Shown: positions 38,137-50,002 of the stretch, one piece after another | Layout of the letters: each line of letters starts with the position of its first letter | Numbering within the stretch: position 1 is the stretch's first letter | Assembly: GCA_964016885.1 (NCBI GenBank) | Contig: OZ024744.1 | Location: forward strand, 85,126,001 to 85,190,000 | Source of the DNA: Eledone cirrhosa | Lineage: Eukaryota | Length of the DNA: 64,000 nt | Reading direction: 5' to 3' | Translations under genes and position numbers: made by a program | Notes under the pieces: model-generated | What the model was told of the DNA's origin: nothing | Databases searched by the model: none | The model's input: only the letters and a program-made list of their open reading frames with translations

Positions 38137-40076
38137 TTACTTACCTTGATTGTGTGGTGAAGGGAGAGTAGAACCGTCCCTTTGGCTGGTCATGGGTGTT
38201 TCCAAGAGGATGTCAGTGTATATCCTCTTGGTAACCGGATCTCTGAAGTCTCCAACTGCGTTGGGGAATTTTTGTTTTAAAAGTTTGTACTGTTCTATTT
38301 TGATTTCAATGATGCTTATGTTTGTCGGGAGAGTTCTTGGTGTTGGTGGGGTGTAGTAGTTTTTTTCTGTGATGTCTGTGTGCTGCTTTATATGTTGTAT
38401 GAGTTCTTTATTTGCCATGTTTATGGCTGTGTACTTTTTGGGGGGAGGGGTGATTTTGTTGCTGCTGAGTGTGTGTGTTTTGTTGTGTTTGCGATGTTGG
38501 TGTTTTTGGCGATGCTGGTGATGGTGTGGTTGTTGTTGCTGGTGTTGCTTGTGGTGGTGGTGGTGATGTTGGTGGTGTTTCTGCAAGTCTCCTTGCAGCC
38601 TTTACCCCTCTTTGTCTGCCTTCACTTTTGGAGAGGGAAGCTAAGGGGTTTTTCCTCTTTTGTTTATTGTGGCAGACCGTTTGCCACTTCCCTCCCGCCT
38701 CATACTCCATATCAGATTCCGTGGCGTTTGGGAGAGTATGAGTTCCACTGCTGTTGGTGGTGGTAGTGGAGCCCGCTCAGCCGATTTTGCTGCCAGTGTG
38801 GCTACTGCGACTGTTGGTGTTGCCGCCACTGCTGCCGCTGTTTTAGTTGTCCGTGGCCTTGGTATGGGTGCCACCGACGTTTCCCTCCTACTCCCCATGG
38901 AAGGGTCTTCTGCCTCTGTTGCCTGCCCTGCTCTTGGTAGTAGCGGATCAGGCGTTGGAAGGATAGGGGCCCTCTTCTTGGCTGTCTTCTGCGGGCAGAA
39001 GGCCCTGAGGTGACCCTTCAGCCCACGGAGATAGCACTTTGGGCGCCTTCTTTCCACGCTTATAGGGAGTTGGAGTCCTTCCTCGAGGTCTATGATGTCT
39101 GGGATGGCCTCGATGCACTCCTGGTCAGTCCGACTTAGCATTTGCATGCCTATTCCTGACCAGTTCTCTCTTCCCATTCTCTGTATTTGCAGTATGGTGG
39201 TCTTCTCCTCGATTCCAGCCAGTACAGACGAGGCCAGCCAAGGTATGTGCACTTCGGGCGGTACCTGGGTCACTTTGACCCTCACAATTTTCTGCCCGCA
39301 GTAGGCGGGCACCAAGACTATCTCCTCACTCTTTAGGGTTTCCAAAGAGTGAGACTCCGCCTTTTGGGGGGTGGCGAAAAGTACGTCTACTATGGCGTAC
39401 TTTTTGCCTCGGGTGATGTGGGTTTTGCGCCCCTTGACACACGCCAAGGCCTTTTGGATTTGAGCCTCCGTGGCCCTCTCCACTCGATGTGACATTTTGC
39501 TTACGGTGCGGTAAGTCAGCGTGCGCAGCTGCTGGTCTTTGAAGAGATTGGGTGGTTTCAGGAAAACTCTATTGTCGTTTCTCGACACCATGGCTCTTGC
39601 GACTGCTATCTCCTCCTCCGTGATTAGCACTGTCTCTATATTTCGTGCTACACCTGCGAAAGAGGTGGCCCCTTTTTCAGTGGCGCCATGGTGCTGTTGC
39701 TGTTGCTACTGCTACAAACGGTGTTGTTGGTGTTGTTGCTGTTATCATTGTTGTAGTTGGCTGTGTGTTTTGTTGCCACCGTTGTTGTTGTTTTCGGTGC
39801 AATTTGTATTGATGCTGTTGGTGTTGTCGTTGTTTATTTTCTTGTTAGTGGTGTTAATATCGTTGTTGCATTTGTTGTCATTTTTTTCTGTTGTCTGTAT
39901 TTTGGTTGACGTTGTTGTAGTTGGTGTGGTAATTTTTCAAAATTAGTGTTCTCAGTGTTGTTGTCTTTGTACACGTTGTTTGTGGTGGTGTTTGTTGTAA
40001 CAATGTTTGTAATCCTTCTCTCAACTTTTATGTCAGACGACAGCAGACATATTGCTGGGGGCCGTGGCTCAGCCAT
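38137..40076 (-). pseudogene. Tx1 copy 3 ORF1, frameshifted
   Basis: ORF 38641..39630 with VERRRPKCYLRGLKGHLRAFCP and C-terminal LLKQKFP..DFR..RIY.DIL shared with copy 2. Confidence 0.85.
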
Positions 40077-40304
40077 ATTTTTTTTTTAAACATTTTTTTT
40101 TTTTAAATTAAAATGTTCAAATATTTGGGCCAAAAGGCCCAAACATTATACTTTCACCCTCACAGGGAAAAGTGTAAGGGCCTATATCCCTTACACAACA
40201 AGAAATATTTAACAAGAAATAATTTTAACAGGCAAATAAAGCGACTTACTGGGAGCGAGCAAAAAGCGTCCGAACAGACCGATAATAATAATAATAATAA
40301 TAAT

Positions 40305-41400
40305 GATTTTTTATCGGCCACAAGGGACTACATATAGGAGCAAAAACTCAGGGTCAGTTTCAGTAACAATAAAATCGTGTAAAAAATGTATATAAAGTAA
40401 CAATAAACACTAAAAATACAAATACATAATTCCCCAATAGGGGGAGAACCACTCAGGGGCGACACAAAAACCCCAGCGGACCTGAACCAGCCGAGGCTCC
40501 GAGCGCACCCAACCGAAGAGGATGCCCCTCTTCTCTCCAAATCAGCCAGCTTTCAGGCGCACGGTCAGAATAAACCTATTCACACCGGTCATACTCGCCA
40601 CATCCACCCACCTTTTAGCAAGTGAATCTTGAAAAGGTTGATGAGAGATTGGTCTAAGAGAAAAGTGTCTGTCTTCAGTCCTTTCAACCATGTCCACCAC
40701 ACAAACTCTTTCGCTACCGCCACCAGATAGAGGAAAACTGACTGCCCTTCCCGGCCAAAAGAAGGCAGCGGCTCGATCTTCACTATGCAGTCGGTCGATA
40801 GTCGGATCCGTTCTACACGCGACAACAGCATAACTCCATAAGTCAGCAGTGCATGACCAGTAGTGCCCCTCGGTAGCACTGCCTAGCTAGGAAAAAATGG
40901 TGGAGCAACTTACCATCCGGGCTCTGTTGGAACTCGTGTGGTTCGATCTCCATATCTGGTGGGTGCTCTTTGGGGAATCCGTTTAAAAGCCTGCTTGTCG
41001 CTTTTACATTTGGGGTTCCCGCGTTTTGCGGGAAGCTCCCTTTAATGCTTTTATATGTATGTGATGCCATTCACACTATCATTAGTGACTGTGGTACTTT
41101 GAAGATCTCCCCCTCTTCCTCAATTTCCTCACATTGAGGGACATCAGTTCTTGGTTGGCCCTTCTTATTAGCACAAAGTTTGATGTCTGTGTTATTGGTT
41201 GTTCAGGTTGTGCAAGTTTTCGTTTGGGTGGTGATATTGGTGTGGTTGTGGATGTGTCTGTGTTTGTTGTGTGGGTGGGGTCTGCGTTTTCTATTTGTGT
41301 GCGTGCGGTGTTGGAGGCTTTTAAAAACATTTTCTGTGTCTTCATATCTGTTTTTTTTTTTTGCTCGTTATGGTAGTTCCTGTTTGTGTTTTGTTTGTGC
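40305..41400 (-). mobile_element. Tx1 copy 4: 5'-truncated and internally deleted (ORF1 C-terminus joined to ORF2 C-terminus and 3'UTR)
   Basis: ANQELM..TYKSIKGSFP (ORF1-like) followed directly by QCYRGAL and VWWTWLKGLKTDTFL; 3' end CCCTTGTGGCCGATAAAAAATC(ATT)n. Confidence 0.8.
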
Positions 41401-41422
41401 ATAAGTCGATACGCTCATTTGA

Positions 41423-41510
41423 CTCCAAGATAAAGGAGTGTGTCCTCCAAGATAAAGGAGTGTGTCCTCCAAGATAAAGGAGTGTGTCCTCCAAGATAAA
41501 GGAGTGTGTC
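41423..41510. repeat. 22-bp tandem repeat x4
   Basis: CTCCAAGATAAAGGAGTGTGTC repeated four times. Confidence 0.95.
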
Positions 41511-41779
41511 CTTCATCACCTCTAGCTTCCACAGCAAAAAACATACAAGAGTGATTTGAGATAATACTCTTGATGGAACGAGTCTGTGATTCAAAACGGT
41601 ACACTAGGTGAATATTTACTCTGATCGGCTTTGCAGATACTGTTCTATATTGAAGAAATCCTGCCTCTGAAAGCATGACTGAACCCGATTCTCTGAGGAC
41701 ACCCATCAATCAACGATGGTTGACATTTTCAAATTATTTTTATAGTTTTAAGTTAATCAGGGACCCAACAAGGGCAGGT

Positions 41780-42880
41780 TAGTTACTACGACATACTATA
41801 AGAGTTGGAGACTCTGCAATATGCCGGTAATCACATGGGCTTTTTTCCCTCCCGATCAAAATAAGATGAGAAGTAAGAATATTTTGCAGACACCTTGACC
41901 AAAATTTCTGCATACAGTAGAGGTATGGACCGGAAATTATACATGACGCCCATTCTATTCTCCTGTTCGCTTTCTTCCTCAGCAGTGCCTCCGTTTCCCT
42001 GTTAGTACAGCTGGAAATGTTCCCAGCGTGCAACTGCTTGCGAGACGATAGGTATCTACTAAAAGAAGGCCAAACAAATCTGGCAGATATCCATGAAGCT
42101 TATACAAAATTTCGCCAACCCAAGCTACTTTTCCCACGAAAAACAAACCACAAACTGCCAAATATATTTCAACTACTATTATCTTTTTTTTTTCTTCTCA
42201 CTTTAAGAAGTAATTCCTCAAACTGCACCGGAAAATATATTATATTTTTGTGTACATATTTAATTGGATCCAAATTACTAACCTCTTCTGCTTTACCATA
42301 TGGCGGAGTCCATTAATTTCCAATTCGCCAGTATTGTGTTTTACTTTATCTTTTCACCTCTTTTTTTTTATTCTGTAGTTTCATTACCCACATCAATTTG
42401 GCTCTTTCAAACAACTTTTGCATGTCAGGAAGAACAGCTAAATTATTTTGATGCTGGGATTTAAATTTACTTTAATTCTGCTCCCTGTGTGACCACTTTT
42501 CGGTAGATTCCTTCTCTTGTTTCTTGTGTACATTCATTTGGTCTCAAACTTCTCCTTTATTCCATCGCATTAGGAGAAGTTGGAGTCTTGGTCTGTTATT
42601 CATGTTATAGGGGAGAGGGAACGGGTTTTTGTTGATTGGTATCCTTCCTTAACAGCTTTCTTTCTTATTTCGTATATTTGGTTGACGTTCTTCCCACAAT
42701 TATTCAGCGATTAGTTCCTAGTAAATAATGACAAAGCTCAACATTTTGTATTGTTGGTCTTATATTTTTTGTATTTTGTAGTTTCTGTTATTTAGCTTCC
42801 CAGGTAAACCTTCATCAAACAAACTTATGACCAAATTTATTAAAGTAGTAACTATTCCTTCTTTCATGTAGATAATACAT
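41780..42880 (-). pseudogene. Older, heavily decayed L1/Tx1 ORF2 fragment
   Basis: YKLHGYLPDLFGLLLVDTY and AGNISS..ALLRK resemble YELY..MPDLFG.LLADVY / NGRIPSS..ALLRK of the intact copies; PGKLN ~ YWKLN. Confidence 0.55.
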
Positions 42881-42889
42881 CGAGAACTG

Positions 42890-43235
42890 TGAAGGCGTAT
42901 GACTTTGCGGTTAGAGAGTTGGGCTTGCAATCGTGGGGTTGGGAGTTTGATTCTCAGACCGAGTGATGTGTTGTGTCCTTGAGCAAGACAATTTATTTTC
43001 ACGTTGGTTCCTTTCACTCACTCAGCTGTAGACATGAATTACGACGTTACTGGTGCCAAGCTATATTGGCCATTGCCTTTCTCTTGAACAGCATATGTGG
43101 AGAGTGGGGAGGCTGGTATGCATAGGTGACTGCTGGTCTTCCAAAAACAACCTTGCCCAGACTCATACCTGGGTGGGGAACTTTCTAGATCAAATCCCAT
43201 GGTTATTCATGACCGAATGGGGTCTTTACCCTATA
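42890..43235 (+). mobile_element. SINE family B, full length
   Basis: GGCG head, GAGTTTGATTC B-box, TGTCCTTGAGCAAGACA core, tail ending CTTTACCCT. Confidence 0.75.
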
Positions 43236-43260
43236 CACTACATACACACACACACATATA

Positions 43261-43342
<82 letters not shown>

Positions 43343-43497
43343 ATGTTTAACCCCGACGGCAGAGCTCAAGCCGTTTCGACGGCTATTTCTGGAGTCCACT
43401 ATTACCCACTCTAATACCCTTAGTATTGAGTACTCTGGTGGGTTATGGTCCATCTGGTTCCATACCACACCTCCTTCGTTATATAAATATATATATT

Positions 43498-43582
<85 letters not shown>

Positions 43583-43585
<3 letters not shown>

Positions 43586-43666
43586 GGGTAAAGACCCCAT
43601 TCAGTCATGAATAACCATGGGATTTGACCTAGAAAGTTCCCCTCCCAGGTACGAGTCTGGGCAAGG
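43583..43666 (-). mobile_element. SINE family B tail, inverted relative to 43150-43235
   Basis: Reverse complement match of ~85 bp. Confidence 0.8.
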
Positions 43667-45307
43667 ATATATTCATATCTAGAACTACTTTATCCAATGT
43701 ATTCCCTTCTAAATCCGGTTGGGTACGATTTGTGTGGAATTTTATAACTATTTCTAGTTGGTTGAACGACCACGTAAACACACTCTTATTTGCTAATTGT
43801 TGATAGTTTTGGTCTATTTGATGTTTTTGATATTGCCATTTCTTTGTTGCCATTTCTTTGACGAGACATTGAATCCCCTTCACCTTCAGTTTCGAAGTTT
43901 TCCCCATATTTCAGGCATATTTCAGGGAGAGTGACCGGAATGACTCTCGATTATTTTGATGTCGCAATCATCTCAAAGTACGGGAATGTTTACATGATTT
44001 ACAGAGAAAATGAAGAGTTCCCTTTTCAGAGCCTTCCTGGGAGAATGGAAGATGTTCTTCCAGATATGAAGACCTGCATGTTTTCAACAGAGTTTATTCC
44101 GCTAAAGACACCTATGAGAAAGTCGGTAGTTTTAAGAATTATGTCTACCCTTAGAGAATAAGAGCAGTCTCACTAAAGGACACCTACATAGTTTCCATCT
44201 ACCAAATTTCACTCAAGACTTTGGTCAACATGAGATCATAATAGAAAAACAATTTTCCAACTAAGATGTAAAGCGAAAGCCTTTAGCCATTTCTGTGTTT
44301 GTCTATATTGACGTTTATCATTTTCCGGAAATACTTTTAAGAAATCTACAACAAACCAAATTTCTATATTCGTTGTTACTGCAGATAGAATGCTTTACGG
44401 TATTCGTACCGACTCTCTGCTCTCTCAGTTCAAATACTGCCGAGGTCAACTTTGGTTTTCATCCATTGGAGGTCGATAAAAAGAAAGTGTCACTCTACTA
44501 TAGTATTTGGATTGATTCTTCCTCTATATCTCTTTGACATTCCTTTCCCTCACTCTATCCTTCTATGGAAGATATTTGTTCAGACCTGAAGATGAGATAG
44601 GTTCCACCAGTTATTTTTTTTTTTTTTTAGAAATGTCTTAGGTACGCCGTCTGCTTATATGGTGCCCTTAGGACTCCCTCGGCAGTTACGGGACCAAAAA
44701 TGCATGCATGTATGTACAACCTGAGGGAGATTTGGACGTTATTTCTCGCAGATATAATAGCTGCCTATAACATCCCTCATTGCTTCCGTAAATCACAATC
44801 CTGCGGGGAAACGCCTTCTCCATTCTGTCCGCCGGGGTTGTGGAGCGGCCAGCACGTGGGACCCCATTTGCTCACTACACAACAGAGAGATGGGGAGGGC
44901 GAGAGAGATGGTAGCGATAACGATTGGAGTTCGGCTCTTCCGTGTTCGGAAACATTGCACCGGCCCAGAGTGTATTTTGATACTTGTGACGTACATTGTG
45001 AAATCCTATTTATAGTTTGAATATATCGTAGGCGTCTTCATTACTACTTTGTGTTTTCGTTCTTAGCAATATTATTTCTCCCATTCTCCCATTCTCCCTT
45101 TCTCTCAGTCGATTCTCCCAGCCCTCCCTCCCTCCCATCTATGCTAACCCTCTGAAATTCTCCCCCCCCCCCCTCCTCCTTGTCTTTCCATATTTATTTG
45201 TGTCTGCAATCATCAGCGTGCAACTGTTCAAGAGGAACATTGATCGCATCACGTTCTCACTGGTCCCGCGGGATTTGCACACGCTCCCTTCCTACAAACC
45301 AAATAAT

Positions 45308-45351
<44 letters not shown>

Positions 45352-45397
45352 GTGTTGATGATGATGATGATGATAATGATAATGATGATGTTGATAA

Positions 45398-45428
<31 letters not shown>

Positions 45429-45534
45429 GATGATAATGATGATGATGATGATGGCGATGATGATAATGATGATGATGATGATGATGATGATGGCGATGAG
45501 GACGATGAAGATGATGACGATGAGGATGATGATA

Positions 45535-45584
<50 letters not shown>

Positions 45585-45900
45585 GATGACCATGATGGTG
45601 ATGATGACCATGAGGATAATGATGATGACGATGATGATGATGATGATGATGATGAAGATGATGATGATGATGGTGATGATGATGGCGATGATGATGATGA
45701 TATTAACAATAACAATAGTAATTAAACGTTTTTTTTATTATAAAAAAAATCAAATCCTCCCAAAACAAAAACAAAATATAATAAATTAAACAAAAAATTA
45801 TAAAAATAAATATGAAAATAAATTGGAAAATGACAGCAATGACCATAAATAAGGTAAAAATACATACATTAATTTTAGAAAGACAATAGAAGGAAGTCGG

Positions 45901-45969
<69 letters not shown>

Positions 45970-46031
45970 GGGGAGAAGAGAGGGAGAGAAGTGATTGAGA
46001 GAGAGAGAAAGAGAGAGAGAGAGACAAAGAA

Positions 46032-46062
<31 letters not shown>

Positions 46063-46087
46063 GTGAGTGAGGGAGAGAGAAGAGATT

Positions 46088-46129
<42 letters not shown>

Positions 46130-46160
46130 AAGATAGTGAGTGAGGGAGAGAGAAGAGATT

Positions 46161-46216
<56 letters not shown>

Positions 46217-46590
46217 GGTGATGGTGAGATTGAGAGATCAAGGTGAGTCGAAAATGAATTCCCTTCTGTCCAGCTGTGATTGCATGTTAACTTCCGTGCG
46301 TGCTTCTTACCCTTTGTGTAAAACCTAATACACCTGCTGATGACAGAAGCTTAACAATGCCTTCTTTGGTTCAATGAAAGCCATACTAATTAGAATACCA
46401 GGTGGTTACTTGCTGAAGAGAGAGAGAGAGGGGGGGGGGGGGGAGAGAGAGAGGTGAGAGAGAGGCGAGAGAGAAAGAGCTTTTTCTCCTTCTGTCATCA
46501 ACAAGTGTGTGTGTGTATTATATATATATATATATATATATAAATTAACATATACATAATATATACAAATATAAGTGTGTATATATACTG

Positions 46591-46689
<99 letters not shown>

Positions 46690-46822
46690 ACATATATATA
46701 TACATATATATATGTGTTGTAGTTGTTGTAGTTATTGTTGCAGTAGTTGTTGCTGTTGTTGTTATTGTTGTTGTTATTGTTGTTGTTGTTGTTGTTGATG
46801 TTATTGTTGTTATTATTGTTGC

Positions 46823-46853
<31 letters not shown>

Positions 46854-47385
46854 ATCGTTGTTGTTGTTGTTGTTGTTGATGCTGTTGTAGTTGTTGTAGT
46901 TATTGTTGTAGTAGTGGTTGCTGTTGTTGTAGTAGCTGTTGTTGTTGTTGTTATTGTTGTTGTTATTGTTGTAGTTGTTGTTGTTGTTATTGTTGTTGTT
47001 CTTGTTATTGCTGTTGTTATTGTTGTTGTTGTTGTTGTTGCTGTTGTTATTGCTGTTGTTATTGTAGTTAGTGTTGTTGTTGTTGCTGTTGCTGTTGTTG
47101 TTATTGCTGTTGTTATTGTAGTTATTGTTGTTGTTATATTTGCTGCTGTTGTTTTGCTACTAATTCTTCTGTATGTGGTGATAGTGGTATTGTTGATGAT
47201 GATGATAATAAAGAAGAGGTTAATGGTGATGATAATGTTGATAATGATGATGCTGATAATAGTGCTGATGATGATATTGATAGGAGTTATTATAAAGTTT
47301 GTTTTTTTTAGTATACACACACACATACACACATGCACAAATATTACACACACAGACACACACACTCACACACACACACACACAA

Positions 47386-47420
<35 letters not shown>
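45308..47420. repeat. Microsatellite cluster (AC),(GAT),(GA),(TA),(GTT)
   Basis: Visible tandem repeats, with a short unique island at ~46240-46420. Confidence 0.9.
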
Positions 47421-47424
<4 letters not shown>

Positions 47425-47619
47425 CACTACCTTGATTAAATCTTAACCATTTAACATCTCAGGGTATGTCATGTATCATTATATTTTCTCTGATGAGGAC
47501 GTACTGTTGTATATCCGAAATATGTATAATAAAATGTAATTGATCTAAAGAACATCTATTTTATTAATATTTGTATTTTAATATACATATATATATATAT
47601 ATGTGTGTGTGTGTATATA

Positions 47620-49539
47620 CAGGATGTAACAGGTAAATTGGGACACATTTCAAATGGGTATATTTCTAATTGTAGAGATTTTGTTGGAGTCTAAATTTTA
47701 AATGACACCATCTCGAATAACCACTTGTCCTATCTTTTTTTTTTTTTTCACATTGAACAAATTATGATTATTAATAAAGAATTAAACCATAGAAGTGTAA
47801 TTGCTGAATTATTCTGCGCCGGCAAAAGTGTTGAGGAGGATGTGAGAACCACACAGTATGTCAAATCTACTGTTTTTAGAGTTGTAGCCAATCTGAGGAA
47901 AGATCAGGATGTTCTGAGAAAGCCTCACAGTCCTCGCAGTGACTGAAAACACAGTCCTCGCTTCTTAACAGGACTTTAAGGACCGATTGAGTCAAACCCA
48001 TCAAAATCGATGGTGAAGTTATGCTCAAGATCAAAGAATAAGTAAAATGACCGTTTCTAGGGCTGTGAGACAAAAGCTCCATATGAAATCGTATGCGAAG
48101 AGACACCATAACATCCTAACCATCCACTCCAAAGCCGTTCAATCTGAAAGAAGTCCCAAACTTCTTAGTAATCTGAAACATCATGGCAGAGACGTCCGCA
48201 TCTTCGTGAATGAAAAGGTGTTTGTGTTTGACAAAGTTCACGAGTGATAGCATACGACCCTTCCCAATTGCCTTCAGCTATGCATAGCAAAAATCCGGCT
48301 TCCATTATGGTCTTTGGAACTGTTGCAAGTGATGGGAAATTGATGCCGCCTCATTTTATTGAAGCGAGTCTTAAAATAAACACAGCAGAGCATCTCAAAA
48401 TTTTAGAAGTTTTGTTGCCTTGGATTAGGAAGCATTATGAGGGTCGGACGCCATGCTTTGACACATAGAGTTACGGTCCTTGCCATTCTGAGTTCAAATC
48501 CCGCCGAGGTTAACTTTGCCTTTCATCCTTACAGGGTCGATAAAATAAAGTACCAGTAATGCACTGGGTAATTGCTGACCTTGTGCCAAAAGTAGAAACA
48601 ATTATGATGTCAATCGAGTTATGTTTTTTGTACAGGATTCTGCGCCTGCCTATCCTTTGAAAAGAATGCCAGAATTTTTAAAGAATACATTGCCTTTAAA
48701 GATAGCTAGAACCTTTAGCTCGCCAGTTTTGAAGCCGTGGGCTTTTTGTCTATATGATGCAGTTGAATCATTATCCAACGCAACTTCTTATAACTGTGTA
48801 TCTTCACTGAAGGCTTGGATCAAGCGAGCATTTGGAAACATGAAAAAGGGAAAAAATAGTTAAGGCATCTGCACCAGTTCGTAAACGGATTGAACTGTTA
48901 AAGAAAGTAAATGGCGGTTACATTGAACTGAAATAAGTGTTAAACAATTCATAATAAATTGGCATAAACATAAAATTTGCAGTGTTTGATTTTTCTGAGT
49001 TATACTAACTAACAGAAAAACCAACCTCCGGGTAGTTTTCTGTTAGCATGTGTAGTGTGAATATTGATATTATACTCAAGTATATATGCAAGTAGATATG
49101 ATACGTCAAATAAAATCGTAATTGACAATATACACAGAAATTGAAAAGAGTCTTGTTACACTCTCTTATGTAATCAGTGACGTAATCCATGATACATTAA
49201 AAAAAAAGACGATATTATATATAAACTACATTATGAGAAAATTAGCGACAGAAATATATGAATATTTATTTAAACAATCGCTAACCGGAAGTGTTGACAT
49301 TTGAAAATTTTAAAGTAGTGAATCTTTAAATAAGTAATAAAATATATTTAATGAACAGCCACGAAATTTAGTAGATAAATTATGTAAAATTCATTCATTA
49401 TTTATTCAAAGTAATCCAACTTATTTTACTAATGGGATAAACAATTATAAACCGTACGCAGTCCCGCGCTTCTTACTTTATTGTAGTTTAGATTATAATA
49501 AAGATATCGATATGGTCTCGATTTACCTGTTACACCCTG
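47620..49539 (+). mobile_element. Tc1/mariner DNA transposon (maT/DD37D-like), decayed
   Basis: TIRs CAGGATGTAACAGGTAAATTGGGAC / GTCTCGATTTACCTGTTACACCCTG with left TA; transposase pieces IFVNEKVF, KNPASIMVFGTVASDGKLMPPHF, QDSAPAY, SSPVLKP. Confidence 0.85.
48441..48600 (+). mobile_element. SINE family A (5'-truncated) inserted in the transposase gene
   Basis: TSD ATTATGA on both sides. Confidence 0.85.
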
Positions 49540-49789
49540 TGTGCACATATATATATTGTTATATTTTGGGACGGTCATGCTGCCAATAAAAACACACGCA
49601 CCTGTTGGTTTTCACTTCAATTTATTATAAGTTTCCGGTTGGTTCGATAACCGGAAGGTTGTTTATATATCGTCAAAGCTCTCTCGTCACACATTCTGTG
49701 ACCTCCTCAGTGACTAGGTTTTTATTTTGTGTGTCTCTCCTTTGTTCTTTTGTCACACATTGGTGTAGGACAGAACAAAGGAGAGAGAT

Positions 49790-49928
49790 TTGCCTTTCAA
49801 CCTTTTGGTATCGATAAAATAAAGTACCAGTTAAATATTAAATACTAGGGGTCGATATAATCGATTTTCCTCTTCCCCAAAAATTGTTAACCAGCTATCT
49901 AAATTAGAAAGAATATCTATTATTGTAG

Positions 49929-50002
<74 letters not shown>

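Larger units (their letters stand above)
34534..40281 (-). mobile_element. L1/Tx1-clade LINE copy 3, full length
   Basis: 5' end abuts (AAT)n at 40282-40304; ORF1 from 40076, ORF2 from 38104; 3' end CCCTTGTGGCCAATAAGAAACCATT. Confidence 0.93.

Noticed and set aside
40880-40913. Internal deletion of Tx1 copy 4 as a retrotransposed splice product
   Set aside because: The donor and pyrimidine tract are retained and the breakpoint lies after them, so it is not a clean GT-AG excision
44610-45020. Possible host exons after poly-T-AG at 44630 and TTTCTCGCAG at 44751
   Set aside because: No recognisable protein similarity or consistent exon chain
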